A stretch of DNA of 63,007 bases, filler included, from Octopus bimaculoides (Eukaryota): NCBI RefSeq assembly GCF_001194135.2. It is 4 parts of 4 records of this genome, joined end to end, with 100 filler letters (N's around TTAATTAATTAA, not from the genome) between each part and the next. Parts side by side here need not be neighbours in the genome. Positions count along the whole stretch, not along the records: positions 14,376 to 25,460 come from NC_068999.1; positions 25,561 to 49,795 come from NC_068986.1; 2 more parts are not named here. One strand, 5' to 3'. The notes beneath the pieces are model-generated. The model saw only the letters and a program-made list of their open reading frames with translations, was not told where the DNA came from and did no database searches. The number at the start of each line of letters is the position of its first letter. Within the stretch, counting starts at the first letter, position 1. Of the stretch, positions 24,843-36,949 are shown piece by piece. The translations under genes were made by a program, and so were the position numbers.

Positions 24843-25056
24843 TTGGTTTCAAATTTTGGTACAAAGCCATCAATTTTAGGGGAGGGGTAAGTCTATTATA
24901 TCCACCCCACTGCTTAACTGATACTTATTTTATCGACCCTGAAATGAGGAAAGGCAAAGTCGACCTCGGTGGAATTTGAACTCAGAATGTAAAAACTGAC
25001 GAAATGCCGCTAAGCATTTGCCCGGCGTGCTAACGATTCTGCCAGCTCACCGCTTT
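24843..25056 (-). mobile_element. SINE family B copy
   Basis: Full reverse-complement head, core and tail. Confidence 0.85.
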
Positions 25057-25079
25057 ATAACTCATTTTTATTAACCACA

Positions 25080-25380
25080 AAATTATCCATCCATCTTTTC
25101 CACCTGTTATTCTTAGGAGATTTATGGGTAGAGTTCTCGGGCAACTCCTCCATAAGGTCCTATCGGAACCAACCGTCATCACACTTTCCGGCTGGATTCG
25201 CAAGTGCGACCAGATGAAACTAAGGATATAATCCAGACATCTTATTCATGGTCTACACCCTAGGTCTCTTTCCGATTGACTCGGCTAGAAGAACCTGTCT
25301 TGCGATAATTTATTGTGGCATTCTGAACATATGTCTCTTGTACTGGAGCTGTGATCTCTCAATGCAGAGAAGTAATGGTT
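25080..25380 (-). mobile_element. RTE LINE 3' fragment, same family as 40325-40830
   Basis: PLLLCIERSQLQY..HMFRMP..IARQVLLAESIGKRPR; TGGA tail. Confidence 0.75.
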
Positions 25381-25560
25381 GAAAGTGAATAGATTCCCTG
25401 GGCAGAATTCTGCTTTAAGCACATCATATAACCCCTCAGAGCTTTTCTCTTTTTTTTTTTNNNNNNNNNNNNNNNNNNNNNNNNNNNNNNNNNNNNNNNN
25501 NNNNTTAATTAATTAANNNNNNNNNNNNNNNNNNNNNNNNNNNNNNNNNNNNNNNNNNNN

Positions 25561-25903
25561 CATAGGATCGCGGTTTCGATTCCCAGATCGGGCGTTGTGA
25601 GTGTTTATTGAGCGAAAACACCTAAAAGCTCCACGAGACTCCGGCAGGGGATGGTGACGAATCCTGCTGTACTTATTGACCACAGCTTTCTCTCACTCTT
25701 ACTTCCTGTTTCTGTTGTACCTGTAATTCAAAGGGTCAGCCTTGTCACACTGTGTCACGCTGAATATCCCCGAGAACTACGTTAAGGGTACACGTGTCTG
25801 TGGAGTGCTCAGCCACTTGTACGTTAATTTCACGAGCAGGCTGTTCCGTTGATCGGATCAACTGGAACTCTCGACGTCGAAAGCGACGGAGTGCCAACAA
25901 CAA
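25561..25903 (+). mobile_element. SINE family A copy (5' end in gap)
   Basis: Highly similar to 983-1324. Confidence 0.9.
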
Positions 25904-26114
25904 TTATATTGGCTATAACATATCAAACAGCCATACCAAAAAATTCACCTTCGATAAATTATGTTTTTCAAGCATATCATACTTCTGGTAAATTTCGTTG
26001 CATTAAAAATCATTCATTTAACAAATACTTGAAGGGCGGTTTTCTGCTAATTGCTAAATAATGTTTACATTTCTGATTATCAATATATGTAATATTTCTG
26101 ATATCGTTTATCCT

Positions 26115-26487
26115 TTACTTGTTTCAGTCATTCAACTACGGCCAGGCTGGGGCACTGCCTTGAAGAAATTTTAGGTTCGACCGCGGTACTTTTTTTTTTT
26201 AATGCTGGTACTTATTCTATCGACCTTTTTTGCCAAACCGCTATGTTTCGGGGATGTAAACACACCAGCACAAGTTGTCAAGCAGTGGTGAGGGGACAAA
26301 CACAGACGCAAAGACACGCGCACACACATACACACGCGCGCACACACACACACACACACGACGAGTTTCTTTCAGTTTCCGTCTACCAAATCCACTCACA
26401 AGGCTTTGGTCGGCCTGAGGTTATGGTAGAAGACACTCGCCCAAGATGCCACTCTGTGGGACTGAATTCGGAATCACGTGATTGGGA
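26115..26487 (-). mobile_element. SINE family C (bipartite, with an internal microsatellite)
   Basis: Tail, internal (CA)n and head (TTTCCGTCTACCAAATCCACTCACAAGGCTTTGGTCGGCC..) all present. Confidence 0.8.
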
Positions 26488-26822
26488 NNNNNNNNNNNNN
26501 NNNNNNNNNNNNNNNNNNNNNNNNNNNNNNNNNNNNNNNNNNNNNNNNNNNNNNNNNNNNNNNNNNNNNNNNNNNNNNNNNNNNNNNNNNNNNNNNNNNN
26601 NNNNNNNNNNNNNNNNNNNNNNNNNNNNNNNNNNNNNNNNNNNNNNNNNNNNNNNNNNNNNNNNNNNNNNNNNNNNNNNNNNNNNNNNNNNNNNNNNNNN
26701 NNNNNNNNNNNNNNNNNNNNNNNNNNNNNNNNNNNNNNNNNNNNNNNNNNNNNNNNNNNNNNNNNNNNNNNNNNNNNNNNNNNNNNNNNNNNNNNNNNNN
26801 NCTTACCTCTTGTGTGTATGTG

Positions 26823-26859
<37 letters not shown>

Positions 26860-27624
26860 ATGTATGTATGTATGTATGTATGTACACACGTCTGAAGCTT
26901 TTGTAACTTTGCATAAAATGGAATGCACTCCTAGTATGCATCGAGAAAAATCATATTAGGAATCTTACTGCAAGTTTCAATACATGTGAATGTATAACTT
27001 ATTGACATACATTTTTTTTCCGCTGGTGTGCGCGTGTGCGTGTGTGTGTGTACATTTTAGTATTAATGACTTACAGAAGCAACAGATGTACAGCGATGGA
27101 AAATGATTCTTTTCTCCCATTTTCATCATACAAACTACGATAACATGAACACTGGTCTTGGCAAAGGAATTTATTATCGGAAATATATAACAGAACTCAT
27201 GCCATGGTCCTGAATGTGTGTGTGGGAGAGAAGGAGAGAGAGAGAGAGAGAGAGGAGGAGGAGGAGGGACAAAGATCGAATGCTGTCTGCAGTGAATTAA
27301 AATTGATTTTCTGTTGATGAAATCTCCAATAATGAAAGAACCTTAAAAAAATACTCTAATAAAAATATATCAAATTTAGAATTTTTAAGTATTTTCTAAA
27401 CAGTGTACGCTTTAATAATTACTTTCTTTCAGTAAAAGTTACGTACTTCAAACTAATTAATAAGCAGCTTTCTTTATCATACTACAGATGTCCTTCGGGA
27501 AAGTATCAATATGACAACTAACATCTCCCGTTGTTTAAAGATTATCACATCCGCAAATGAATACCGCTGAACGCCAAAAAAGCAATTACAGATTACAAAC
27601 ATTTATTTCGTCCTATCTTTTACT

Positions 27625-28338
27625 TTTTTTTTTACTTGTTTTCAATTATTGGACTGCGGCCATGCTGGAGTACCGCCTTGAAGTGCTTGTTTTAGTAAAA
27701 AAAAAATCGACACCAGTAATTATTTTTTAAAGTCTATTACTTATTCAACGGGTCTCTATTACCGAAGCGCTCAACTGTGGGGACGTAAACAAACCAAAAC
27801 CGGTTGTCAAGCAGAGGGGGGACAAACAGACACAAAGATACACACATTCATCTCTCTCCGTCTCTCCCTATATATATATATATATATATATATATNNNNN
27901 NNNNNNNNNNNNNNNNNNNNNNNNNNNNNNNNNNNNNNNNNNNNNNNNNNNNNNNNNNNNNNNNNNNNNNNNNNNNNNNNNNNNNNNNNNNNNNNNNNNN
28001 NNNNNNNNNNNNNNNNNNNNNNNNNNNNNNNNNNNNNNNNNNNNNNNNNNNNNNNNNNNNNNNNNNNNNNNNNNNNNNNNNNNNNNNNNNNNNNNNNNNN
28101 NNNNNNNNNNNNNNNNNNNNNNNNNNNNNNNNNNNNNNNNNNNNNNNNNNNNNNNNNNNNNNNNNNNNNNNNNNNNNNNNNNNNNNNNNNGCAAATCGAC
28201 CCCAGGACTTATACTTTGTAAGCCTAGTACTTCTTCTATCGGTCTCTTTTGCCGAATCGCTAAATTATGGGGACGTAAACACACCAGCATCGGTTGTCAA
28301 GCGATGTTGGGGGGACAAATACAGACATACAAACAGAG

Positions 28339-28373
<35 letters not shown>

Positions 28374-28516
28374 CATATATACGACGGGCTTCTTTCAGTT
28401 TCCGTCTACCAAATCCACTCACAAGGCTTTGGTCGGCCCGAGGCTATAGTAGAAGACACTTGCCCAAGGTGCCACGCAGTAGGACTGAACCTGCAACCAT
28501 GTGGTTGGTAAGCAAG
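27625..28516 (-). mobile_element. Two SINE family C copies separated by a gap
   Basis: 27625-27895 is a 3' half; 28191-28516 is near full-length. Confidence 0.8.
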
Positions 28517-31439
28517 CAAGCTACTTTATTTCAATAAATTTCGCCATTAATGGTGTTACATAGAGGGGACAGACAAAGACAGACAAAAATGAAGTAGCTG
28601 CGGGCTGGACATGGACATTAATGAGATGAGGGTGATAANNNNNNNNNNNNNNNNNNNNNNNNNNNNNNNNNNNNNNNNNNNNNNNNNNNNNNNNNNNNNN
28701 NNNNNNNNNNNNNNNNNNNNNNNNNNNNNNNNNNNNNNACATACACACACGCATAGGCAAACTCGTATGTATGTATATATGTATGCATACATGTATGCGT
28801 GTATGCATGTATGTATTTATGTATGTATGGATGCGTGTATGTATATGTGTGTATATATGTATGCATGCATGCATGGATATATGGATGGATATGTGTATGT
28901 ATGTATGCATGCATGTATGTATGTATGCATGTATGTATGTATGTATGTATGTATGTATGTATGTATGTGTAAATGTATGCGTCTCTTCTATTTTTCAATT
29001 ATGAATCTTCCACTGAGGAGGGAGCCATTTCCCAACAAAGATGCAAGGCTCCATCTATATGTATGTATGTATATATGTATGTATGGATGGATGGATGCGT
29101 GTACGTAAATGAGTGTATGTATGTACGCATGTGTATGTTTGTATGTATGTGTGTGTATGTATGTATAACGTAGAATTACAGAATCAACAATAAAAACAAC
29201 GTATCAAAAATTGGTGGACACCAACGCTACATCTATATNNNNNNNNNNTTGTTGTTTTTTCGTATATTCTCCCATATATATATATATATATATGTATGTA
29301 TACATAAACAACGGGCTTCTACACAGTTTTCGTCAACCAAATTCATTCACAAGGCACCGGTCGGGCTGTAGCAAAAAACATTTGCCCAAGGTGTCATTCA
29401 GTGGGACCGGTTCGAAACTGCGTGGTCACAAAGCGAGAGTCTTAATCACACAGTTATGCCTGCTCCATTGCAAAATTTGAATGGTTCCCTGTACCCAGTG
29501 CTCTCCTAACTGACAAATATTCGTCCCTCTCACACATTTCAGCCCATTCATAAGTATAAGTTTGCGACTATAGAATTCCTCTAACTTTGCCATGGTCTTG
29601 GACAGGTTTGAAATTTAAAAACCACTTTAACTTTATTAAATGTGTCACTTTGTCCGTCCCCTTTTCAATTCTCATAGTCCCACGTTTGAAGAAATGCTGT
29701 CTTGAACTATTTAGTCGTAAGGGTCTCACATGTGGTGTGTTTGGGGGTAAGTCAACTAGGCGGAGCTCATGCCGGTTTTGTTTATATGTCTATATAAACA
29801 CACACTAAGTTACAATTACACACTTATAGAATCGCATACATATGTGCGTACACACACGCACAAACGCATATGCACACACCCACACACAAACACACACGCA
29901 GTCACACACAAACACACATATATGTACAGACACGTACACACACAAACTTACAATCACACACACTCATAGAAATACACACACATACACATGTGCACACACA
30001 CACACACACACACACACTTGTACATATATGCACACACATACACACACGCATAGGCAAACTCGTATGTATGTATATATGTATGCATNNNNNNNNNNNNNNN
30101 NNNNNNNNNNNNNNNNNNNNNNNNNNNNNNNNNNNNNNNNNNNNNNNNNNNNNNNNNNNNNNNNNNNNNNNNNNNNNNNNNNNNNNNNNNNNNNNNNNNN
30201 NNNNNNNNNNNNNNNNNNNNNNNNNNNNNNNNNNNNNNNNNNNNNNNNNNNNNNNNNNNNNNNNNNNNNNNNNNNNNNNNNNNNNNNNNNNNNNNNNNNN
30301 NNNNNNNNNNNNNNNNNNNNNNNNNGATGCGTGTACGTAAGTGAATGTATGTATGTACGCATGTGTATGTTTGTATGTATGTGTGTGTATGTATGTATAA
30401 CGTAGAATTACAGAATCAACAATAAAAACAACGTATCAAAAATTGGTGGACACCAACGCTACATCTATATCATCATCGCTACTACTACTACTACTACTAC
30501 TACTACTGCTGTTGGTGCTGCTGGTATTACAACCACCCACAACCACCACAATCACTACAACCACCACCACTACTACCACCACCATTACCACCACCGTCAC
30601 CACCATAGACATCACCATTACCTTTGTTGTCACCATCATACCATCATCGCCAGCATCAACGCCATTATAACAAGTAGTACGACGTTCACTAACACCGTCA
30701 ACCACTTGCGTCACCACCACCACCACCACCAACAACAACAACAACGAAAGCAGCAACTTTAGTACTTCCTCCATCGTTATTACCAATGTGACCGCCGTCC
30801 ACTGTCACTGAAGTAAACCTGCTATGTAGTCACCGAATCTGCTAGAAATAGCAGCCAAGTTTCCCACAAATCACACCTATGTAAGTTCGAAGGATATTTT
30901 TAAAACAGGACAGATCGGACAATGTAGTGCAGGACACATTATTGGTGAGGATAAAACAAACACTAATACCATCACACCACCACTACTACTACTACCACCA
31001 ACCCTTCTCTCATTCCCACTATTTTCGTCATCATACCAACGCCACTATGTTTCACTTAAGCCCCGCTAATAAATTATAACGTCACACCAAGAGCCTGCCA
31101 ATCACCTTAGATAAGATAAGATAACAAAAGATTTTCATACAAAGACTAATTTATAAGGATTTATTCTAAGCTGGTTAAAGACGGCGGCGGGTCAGTTGGA
31201 ACCGTGTTAAGAATACCGACATGTATGAAGACGTTATTACGAAGGTAGAAGTGGTAGGCGGTAATGGGAAGAAGGGAAGAAGCAATTGGACAGTTTGTGA
31301 GGCTTGTAAGTAGAAATGATCACCTGATGACGTATGACACAAAATCGTAAGAATTATCGTATATTATGTTTAAGAAGACGCATTTTGTGACGATTGAAGG
31401 AATTATTAGATTGGCAGGATCAATTGAAGCACTCTGCAA

Positions 31440-32096
31440 AATAACTCGTGTTTATATTTATCCCTTTTATGTTCTGGGGATCAAATCCATCTATGGACAA
31501 TTTTGCTTTTCATTCTTTCGGGATCAAGATAATTCTAATTTTGCCACAAGGCCAGCATTATTTTGAGGGGAAGGCTAAGTCTACTTCTTCGAGCCCAGTT
31601 CTCAACTAGTACTAGTACTTTATTTATCGACCTTGCCTTTTTCGGGATCAAAACAATTCTTTCTAATTTTGGCACAAGGTCTGATACGGTGGAGGAGAGA
31701 AAATCCGAATTCATCGACCCCAGCGCTCAACTGGTTCTTATTTTACGAACCCCAAAAGGATGAAGAACAAGTCGACCTCGGTGACATTACTCAGTGCGTG
31801 ATGAGTTGGAAGAAATACTTATTTCATTATTGCCCACAATGGGCTAAACATAGAGGGGACAAACAAGGACAGACAAAAGGATTAAGTCGATTACATCGAC
31901 CCCAGTGCGTAACTGGTACTTATTTAATGGACTCCGAAAAGATAAACGGCAAAGCCGACCTCAGTGGAATTTGAACTCAGAACGTAGCAGTAGACGAAAT
32001 ACCGCTAAGCATTTCGCCCAGCATGCTAACGTCTCTGCCAGCTCCCTTCAGTTTCTTATTTCTTTATTGCCCACAAGGGGCTAAACATAGAGGGGA
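31440..32096. mobile_element. Nested or rearranged SINE family B fragments
   Basis: Repeated core pieces in both orientations; a near-full minus copy at about 31820-32045. Confidence 0.7.
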
Positions 32097-32501
32097 NNNN
32101 NNNNNNNNNNNNNNNNNNNNNNNNNNNNNNNNNNNNNNNNNNNNNNNNNNNNNNNNNNNNNNNNNNNNNNNNNNNNNNNNNNNNNNNNNNNNNNNNNNNN
32201 NNNNNNNNNNNNNNNNNNNNNNNNNNNNNNNNNNNNNNNNNNNNNNNNNNNNNNNNNNNNNNNNNNNNNNNNNNNNNNNNNNNNNNNNNNNNNNNNNNNN
32301 NNNNNNNNNNNNNNNNNNNNNNNNNNNNNNNNNNNNNNNNNNNNNNNNNNNNNNNNNNNNNNNNNNNNNNNNNNNNNNNNNNNNNNNNNNNNNNNNNNNN
32401 NNNNNNNNNNNNNNNNNNNNNNNTTTGAAGTTATGTAATATCACGGTCATCAGATCAAAATGCAGGATAACAAATGTATGAGATTGACTATACATACATA
32501 C

Positions 32502-32920
32502 TGTTATGTATACCTATAAGATAATGAAAGGTGAGAACTTACCCTATATTTTCCGAAGGTGGCGAGATAAACGTTTGTCAACGACCGTTTGGCAAAAGTG
32601 AAATAACGTCGGTATGAATAACCAAATATATATATACAGGAAGTTAGCATAGTATGAGACAGGTAACCTCGTTCACTTCCTGTTAACGAGCAAGGCAGGT
32701 AATCTCGTACTTTCTGTTAAAAAGGGGGAGTGGGGGGAAGACAGCGTGAATAGAATCAGAACGAGAGACGGAGCTGCATACGGGTCGGACCGGCCACTGC
32801 CTACCTTGAAACTGGACATAATCTCCATATATGAACATTTACTTGCCTGTTTGAACACTTTGTTGTTGCGATCAGAAGTTTATCCCTTTTCTTACATTAT
32901 TAATTTGTCTGATCGTAACA
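32502..32920 (+). repeat. 5' LTR (419 bp)
   Basis: Starts TGTTATG, ends GTAACA, is followed by the PBS, and is homologous to 35390-35861. Confidence 0.9.
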
Positions 32921-32923
32921 AAT

Positions 32924-32940
32924 TGGGGGCTCGTCTGGGA
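32924..32940 (+). promoter_or_regulatory. Primer-binding site complementary to the tRNA-Pro 3' end
   Basis: TGGGGGCTCGTCTGGGA differs at one position from the first 17 nt of the classical tRNA-Pro PBS TGGGGGCTCGTCCGGGAT and lies 3 nt after the LTR. Confidence 0.85.
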
Positions 32941-35389
32941 AACTGAACTCTCGCACACACATTGTAAAACAACTTTACTATTCACCTATGAATTGATCGA
33001 TTTGAATTAAAAAAAAAGAAAAAAAGGCTATCTACAAAATTTCTACTGCTAAAATACACATATTACCTGCATAATTTTGTATCAACATTCGAAATTCTTC
33101 TAGTGAAACCAGTATTTAATCAGGGAATTTAAGGTTGAAGAATTTATTGAATTTCCCAGTGTGGAGCAATTGAAGATTTTAAAAAATCAGAATTGTTGTT
33201 ATTGGCCAAGCATTACGATCTGGATGAGACTAAGTCTACCATGAAAAAGAAAGAGCTTTTCAAAATGGTTTTGGAACATTTAGTTGATGAAGAAATTTTT
33301 GAAGATTTGGCTTTGTCATTGTTGAAACCAGAGAAAACAGAAGAGTTTGAGTTGAGGAAATTAGAATTAGAATTTCAAAAAGCAATAAGGGAAATGGAAA
33401 TTCAAAAAGAATTAAAATTGAAAGAAATGTAATTACAGAGTAGAAAGTTGGATACTACTCGTGGTCAGACAGATTTCGATGTAGCGAAAAATATTAGACT
33501 TGTGCCTCCATTTAGTGAAGAAGATATTGATAAATTTTTCCTTCATTTTGAAAAGGTGGCAGTAAATTTGAGATGGCCTGTAGAGCTTTGGACAATGTTA
33601 ATACAAAGTGTTTTAAAAGGCATGGCTCAGGAAGTCTATTCGGCTTTATCGAACGAAGCAAGTTTGAGTTACGAGGTGGTCAAACAGGCTATTCTAAAAG
33701 CGTATGAACTGGTCCCTGAGGCATATAAACAAAACTTCAGGCAGTCCAAGAAAAGAAGTGAGGATACCTAAGTAGAATTTGCTAGAGAGAAGGAAAATTT
33801 GTTTCATAGGTGGTGTGTGTCAAAAGAAGTTGGGGAAGATTTTCACAAATTGAGGTAGCTTATATTATTAGAAGAGTTCAAACAGTGTGTTCATATTGAT
33901 ATTAAGACTTATTTGGAAGAGCTGAGAGTAGAACAGTTACAAGAAGCAGCTAGTTTAGCAGAGGATTACTCTATTACTCATAAGCATGAGTTCAAGCTGT
34001 ATGGTTATTATCATCCGGATAATTTCGAGGTAGGTCGGACAAGTAAAATAATTTATCCAGCTCGGTCAGGTTCGAATCCTAACAAGTCCAGTGGTTCAGA
34101 GTTAAGAAAGTCAACCAGTCCTTTTGTTTCTAAATCTGATTCAAATTTTCATTCAACAATTATTTGTAGATATTGTAGAAGGTCAGGCCATTTGATTTCT
34201 GAGTGTAAAAAGGTCAAGTTAAAAAATCAGTCACAACCCTTTCCACACGCTTTTGTGAATATCAATTCTCAGCCTATTTCCGATATTATTAACAATGAGG
34301 AGGGGTACTTGCCTTTTATTTCAAAAGGGTTTATCTCGCTTAAGGGTGATAAGTCCACATTACGACCCATCACTATTTTTAGGGACATAGGCGCACTCCA
34401 GTCTCTAGTGTTGGAAGGTACTCTTCCTTTCTCGGACGTGTCGTCTGCTANNNNNNNNNNGAGGGTATTAGTGGAATTTCAAATGCACCTCTTCATTTTG
34501 TTGATTTGCAGTCAGATTTTGTGTCTGGTTTGGTGAAAGTTGGTGTTAAGAAAACTCTCCCAGTTTCAGGTGTAGACTCGATTGTTGGAAATGATTTAGC
34601 AGGGTCCAAGGTTTTGTCTGATCCACATGTTAGCATTAAGCCAAGCCCTTCTGAGAGCCCTGAATCCCACTTGAACTCGCTAGACCATGNNNNNNNNNNA
34701 ATTAGATGCAAAGGATGTTGATCATCCTTTTGGTTATTACTTAACGAAATTTGACGAACACCAGCGAAATTATTCAACCATTGAGAAAGAAACCCTTGCT
34801 TTGTCAGTGTCAATGCAACATTTAGACGTATATTTGGAGACCACCAAGTATCCCATTGAAGTGTTCACTGACCACAATCCGCTGACATTTTTGCACAAGA
34901 CGAAGAACAAAAATCAGAGATTAATGAGATGGAGTTTATCTTTGCAAGAATTTCATCTCAATATTCAACTTATTAGAGGTAAAGACGATATCATTGCGGG
35001 TGCACCATCTCGAGTCAATCTCCTAAATTTGTAAATAAGAAAGTTTTCACTGCGTTCAACTTTCTTCCTTTAAGGGGAGAGAATGTTATGTATACCTATA
35101 AGATAATGAAGGGTGAGAAGGTAAAGTCGGCCTCGGCGGAATTGAACTTAAACGTAACAGCAGACGAAATACCGCTGAGCATTTCGACCGGCGCGTTAAC
35201 GTTTCTGCCAGCTCGCTGCCTTGTTGGAAGAAATACTGCTAAGCATTTTGTCTGGGTGATAATGATTAACCCCTACCTTCGACATTTGCTTTTATTGTGT
35301 GTGTATTTGTTTTTGAAGTTATGTAATATCACGGTCATCAGATTAAAATACAGGATAACAAATGTATGAGATTGACTATACATACATAC

Positions 35390-35861
35390 TGTTATATATA
35401 CCTATAAGATAATGAAAGGTGAGAACTTACCCTATATTTTCCGAAGGTGGCGAGATAAACGTTTGTCAACGACCGTNNNNNNNNNNNNNNNNNNNNNNNN
35501 NNNNNNNNNNNNNNNNNNNNNNNNNNNNNNNNNNNNNNNNNNNNNNNNNNNNNNNNNNNNNNNNNNNNNNNNNNNNNNNNNNNNNNNNNNNNNNNNNNNN
35601 NNNNNNNNNNNNNNNNNNNNNNNNNNNNNNNNNNNNNNNNNNNNNNNNNNNNNNNNNNAAGACAGCTGGAGCTTGGCGCGAATAGAACCAGAACGAGAGA
35701 CGGAGCTGCATACGGGTCGGACCGTTCACCACCTACCTTGAAAGAATTGAGACTGGACATAATCTCCATCTATGAACATTTACTTCCCTGTTTGAACATT
35801 TTGTTGTGGCGATCAGAAGTTTACCCCTTTTTCTTGCATTATAATTTGTCTGATCGTAACA
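35390..35861 (+). mobile_element. Second full LTR copy (solo-like or displaced 3' LTR), with ATAC on both sides
   Basis: TGTTATATATACC...TGATCGTAACA with an internal N gap. Preceded by ...catac and followed by atac... (4-bp TSD-like). Confidence 0.85.
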
Positions 35862-35888
35862 ATACATAAATACATACATACATACATA

Positions 35889-36279
35889 ATTGGAGTACTA
35901 GGGTGTGTAACACACTGCCTAAATACCCATCTTGAGAACTTAGGTTTCTCAAAACCAGAAAGGAGAAAGCTGATTCGAAGACTACAGATCCAAGCCATCG
36001 CTGGAACTGTAAAAATTTGTAGTATTTTCCAGAAGTTTATCATTTAAGTATATATTAGCATGCCTTGATATGCAAATCAGAAGACGTACATAAAACAAAA
36101 CATACAAATCTACACGTATACATACATACATACATAGTAAATACGTACATACATACATACATACATACAAAAATACCCTGTTGTTGATGTTGAAATTGTA
36201 ATGAAGGAGCCTTGGATTTAGGTTAGAAACCGGCTCTTTCTCTATTGGCAAGAACTCTTGAAATAAAACTGAATAATGA
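35889..36279 (+). mobile_element. Short 5'-truncated copy of the same R4/Dong-like element
   Basis: IGVLGCVTHCLNTHLENLGFSKPERRKLIRRLQIQAIAGTVKIC..FQKFII* plus a 3' UTR highly similar to 24000-24333. (ATAC)n lies on both sides. Confidence 0.85.
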
Positions 36280-36912
36280 TATATATGCATACATACATAC
36301 ATTCATACTTTCATACATACGTATATGCGCGCACACACATATATGTTTGTGTTTGTATATGTATGTGCGTGTAAGTGTGTGTGTGCGCGCGAATACATAA
36401 CTGTGTCCGTGTCTACGTCTAAGTCAACCAATGCAAGCTGCTGTCATGTCGCATTTCTTTAAATTGATAAAAAAAAACAAAAAAAACTTAATCTTTCGAT
36501 TATCAGAGAACGCTCAAGTAAGTAGCAAACTGCAATAAACAGGTATAATCGGCTAATGTGGTGATGCCGCAGCATGACCGTAGTCCAATGACTAGAACCG
36601 GCAAAAGATTAAAAATGTGTGTGCACACACATTTACACACACACGCACGCACAAACACACATACAAACACACACGCACACATGCAGGTGTTTCTACGTAT
36701 TTGTGTATGTGGTGTGAGTGTGTATGCATGCATGTGTGCGTCTGCGTAGGCATTCATGTGTATGTGCGAATGCGTGCATGTGTGTGTGTGTGTGCGTATG
36801 CGTGCATGTGTATGTGTGTATGCGTGCATGTGTGTGTGCGTATGCGTGTGTGTGCGTTTGCGTGCATGTGTGTGTGCGTATGCGTGCATGTGTGTGTGTG
36901 TGCGTATGCGTG

Positions 36913-36949
<37 letters not shown>

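Larger units (their letters stand above)
32502..35120 (+). mobile_element. Decayed Ty3/Gypsy LTR retrotransposon (Gmr1-like): 5' LTR, PBS, gag, protease, RNase H, PPT and the first ~37 bp of the 3' LTR
   Basis: LTR TG...CA at 32502-32920. PBS TGGGGGCTCGTCTGGGA at 32924-32940. Gag ...FDVAKNIRLVPPFSEEDIDKFFLHFEKVA...; zinc knuckle CRYCRRSGHLISEC; protease-like FRDIGALQSL; RNase H YSTIEKETLAL...VFTDHNPL...QRLMRWSLSLQEF ending at 35034. Purine tract AAGGGGAGAGAA just before TGTTATGTATACC at 35084. In-frame stops present; integrase and RT not visible (two 10-N gaps inside). Confidence 0.92.

Noticed and set aside
28738-30468. Duplication of 28738-29238 at 30025-30468
   Set aside because: Both copies are bounded by gaps and nearly identical, so probably an assembly or haplotype artefact.
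31094-31418. 10-bp inverted repeat CCTGCCAATC as TIRs
   Set aside because: Too short, with no TSD; expected by chance in 63 kb.
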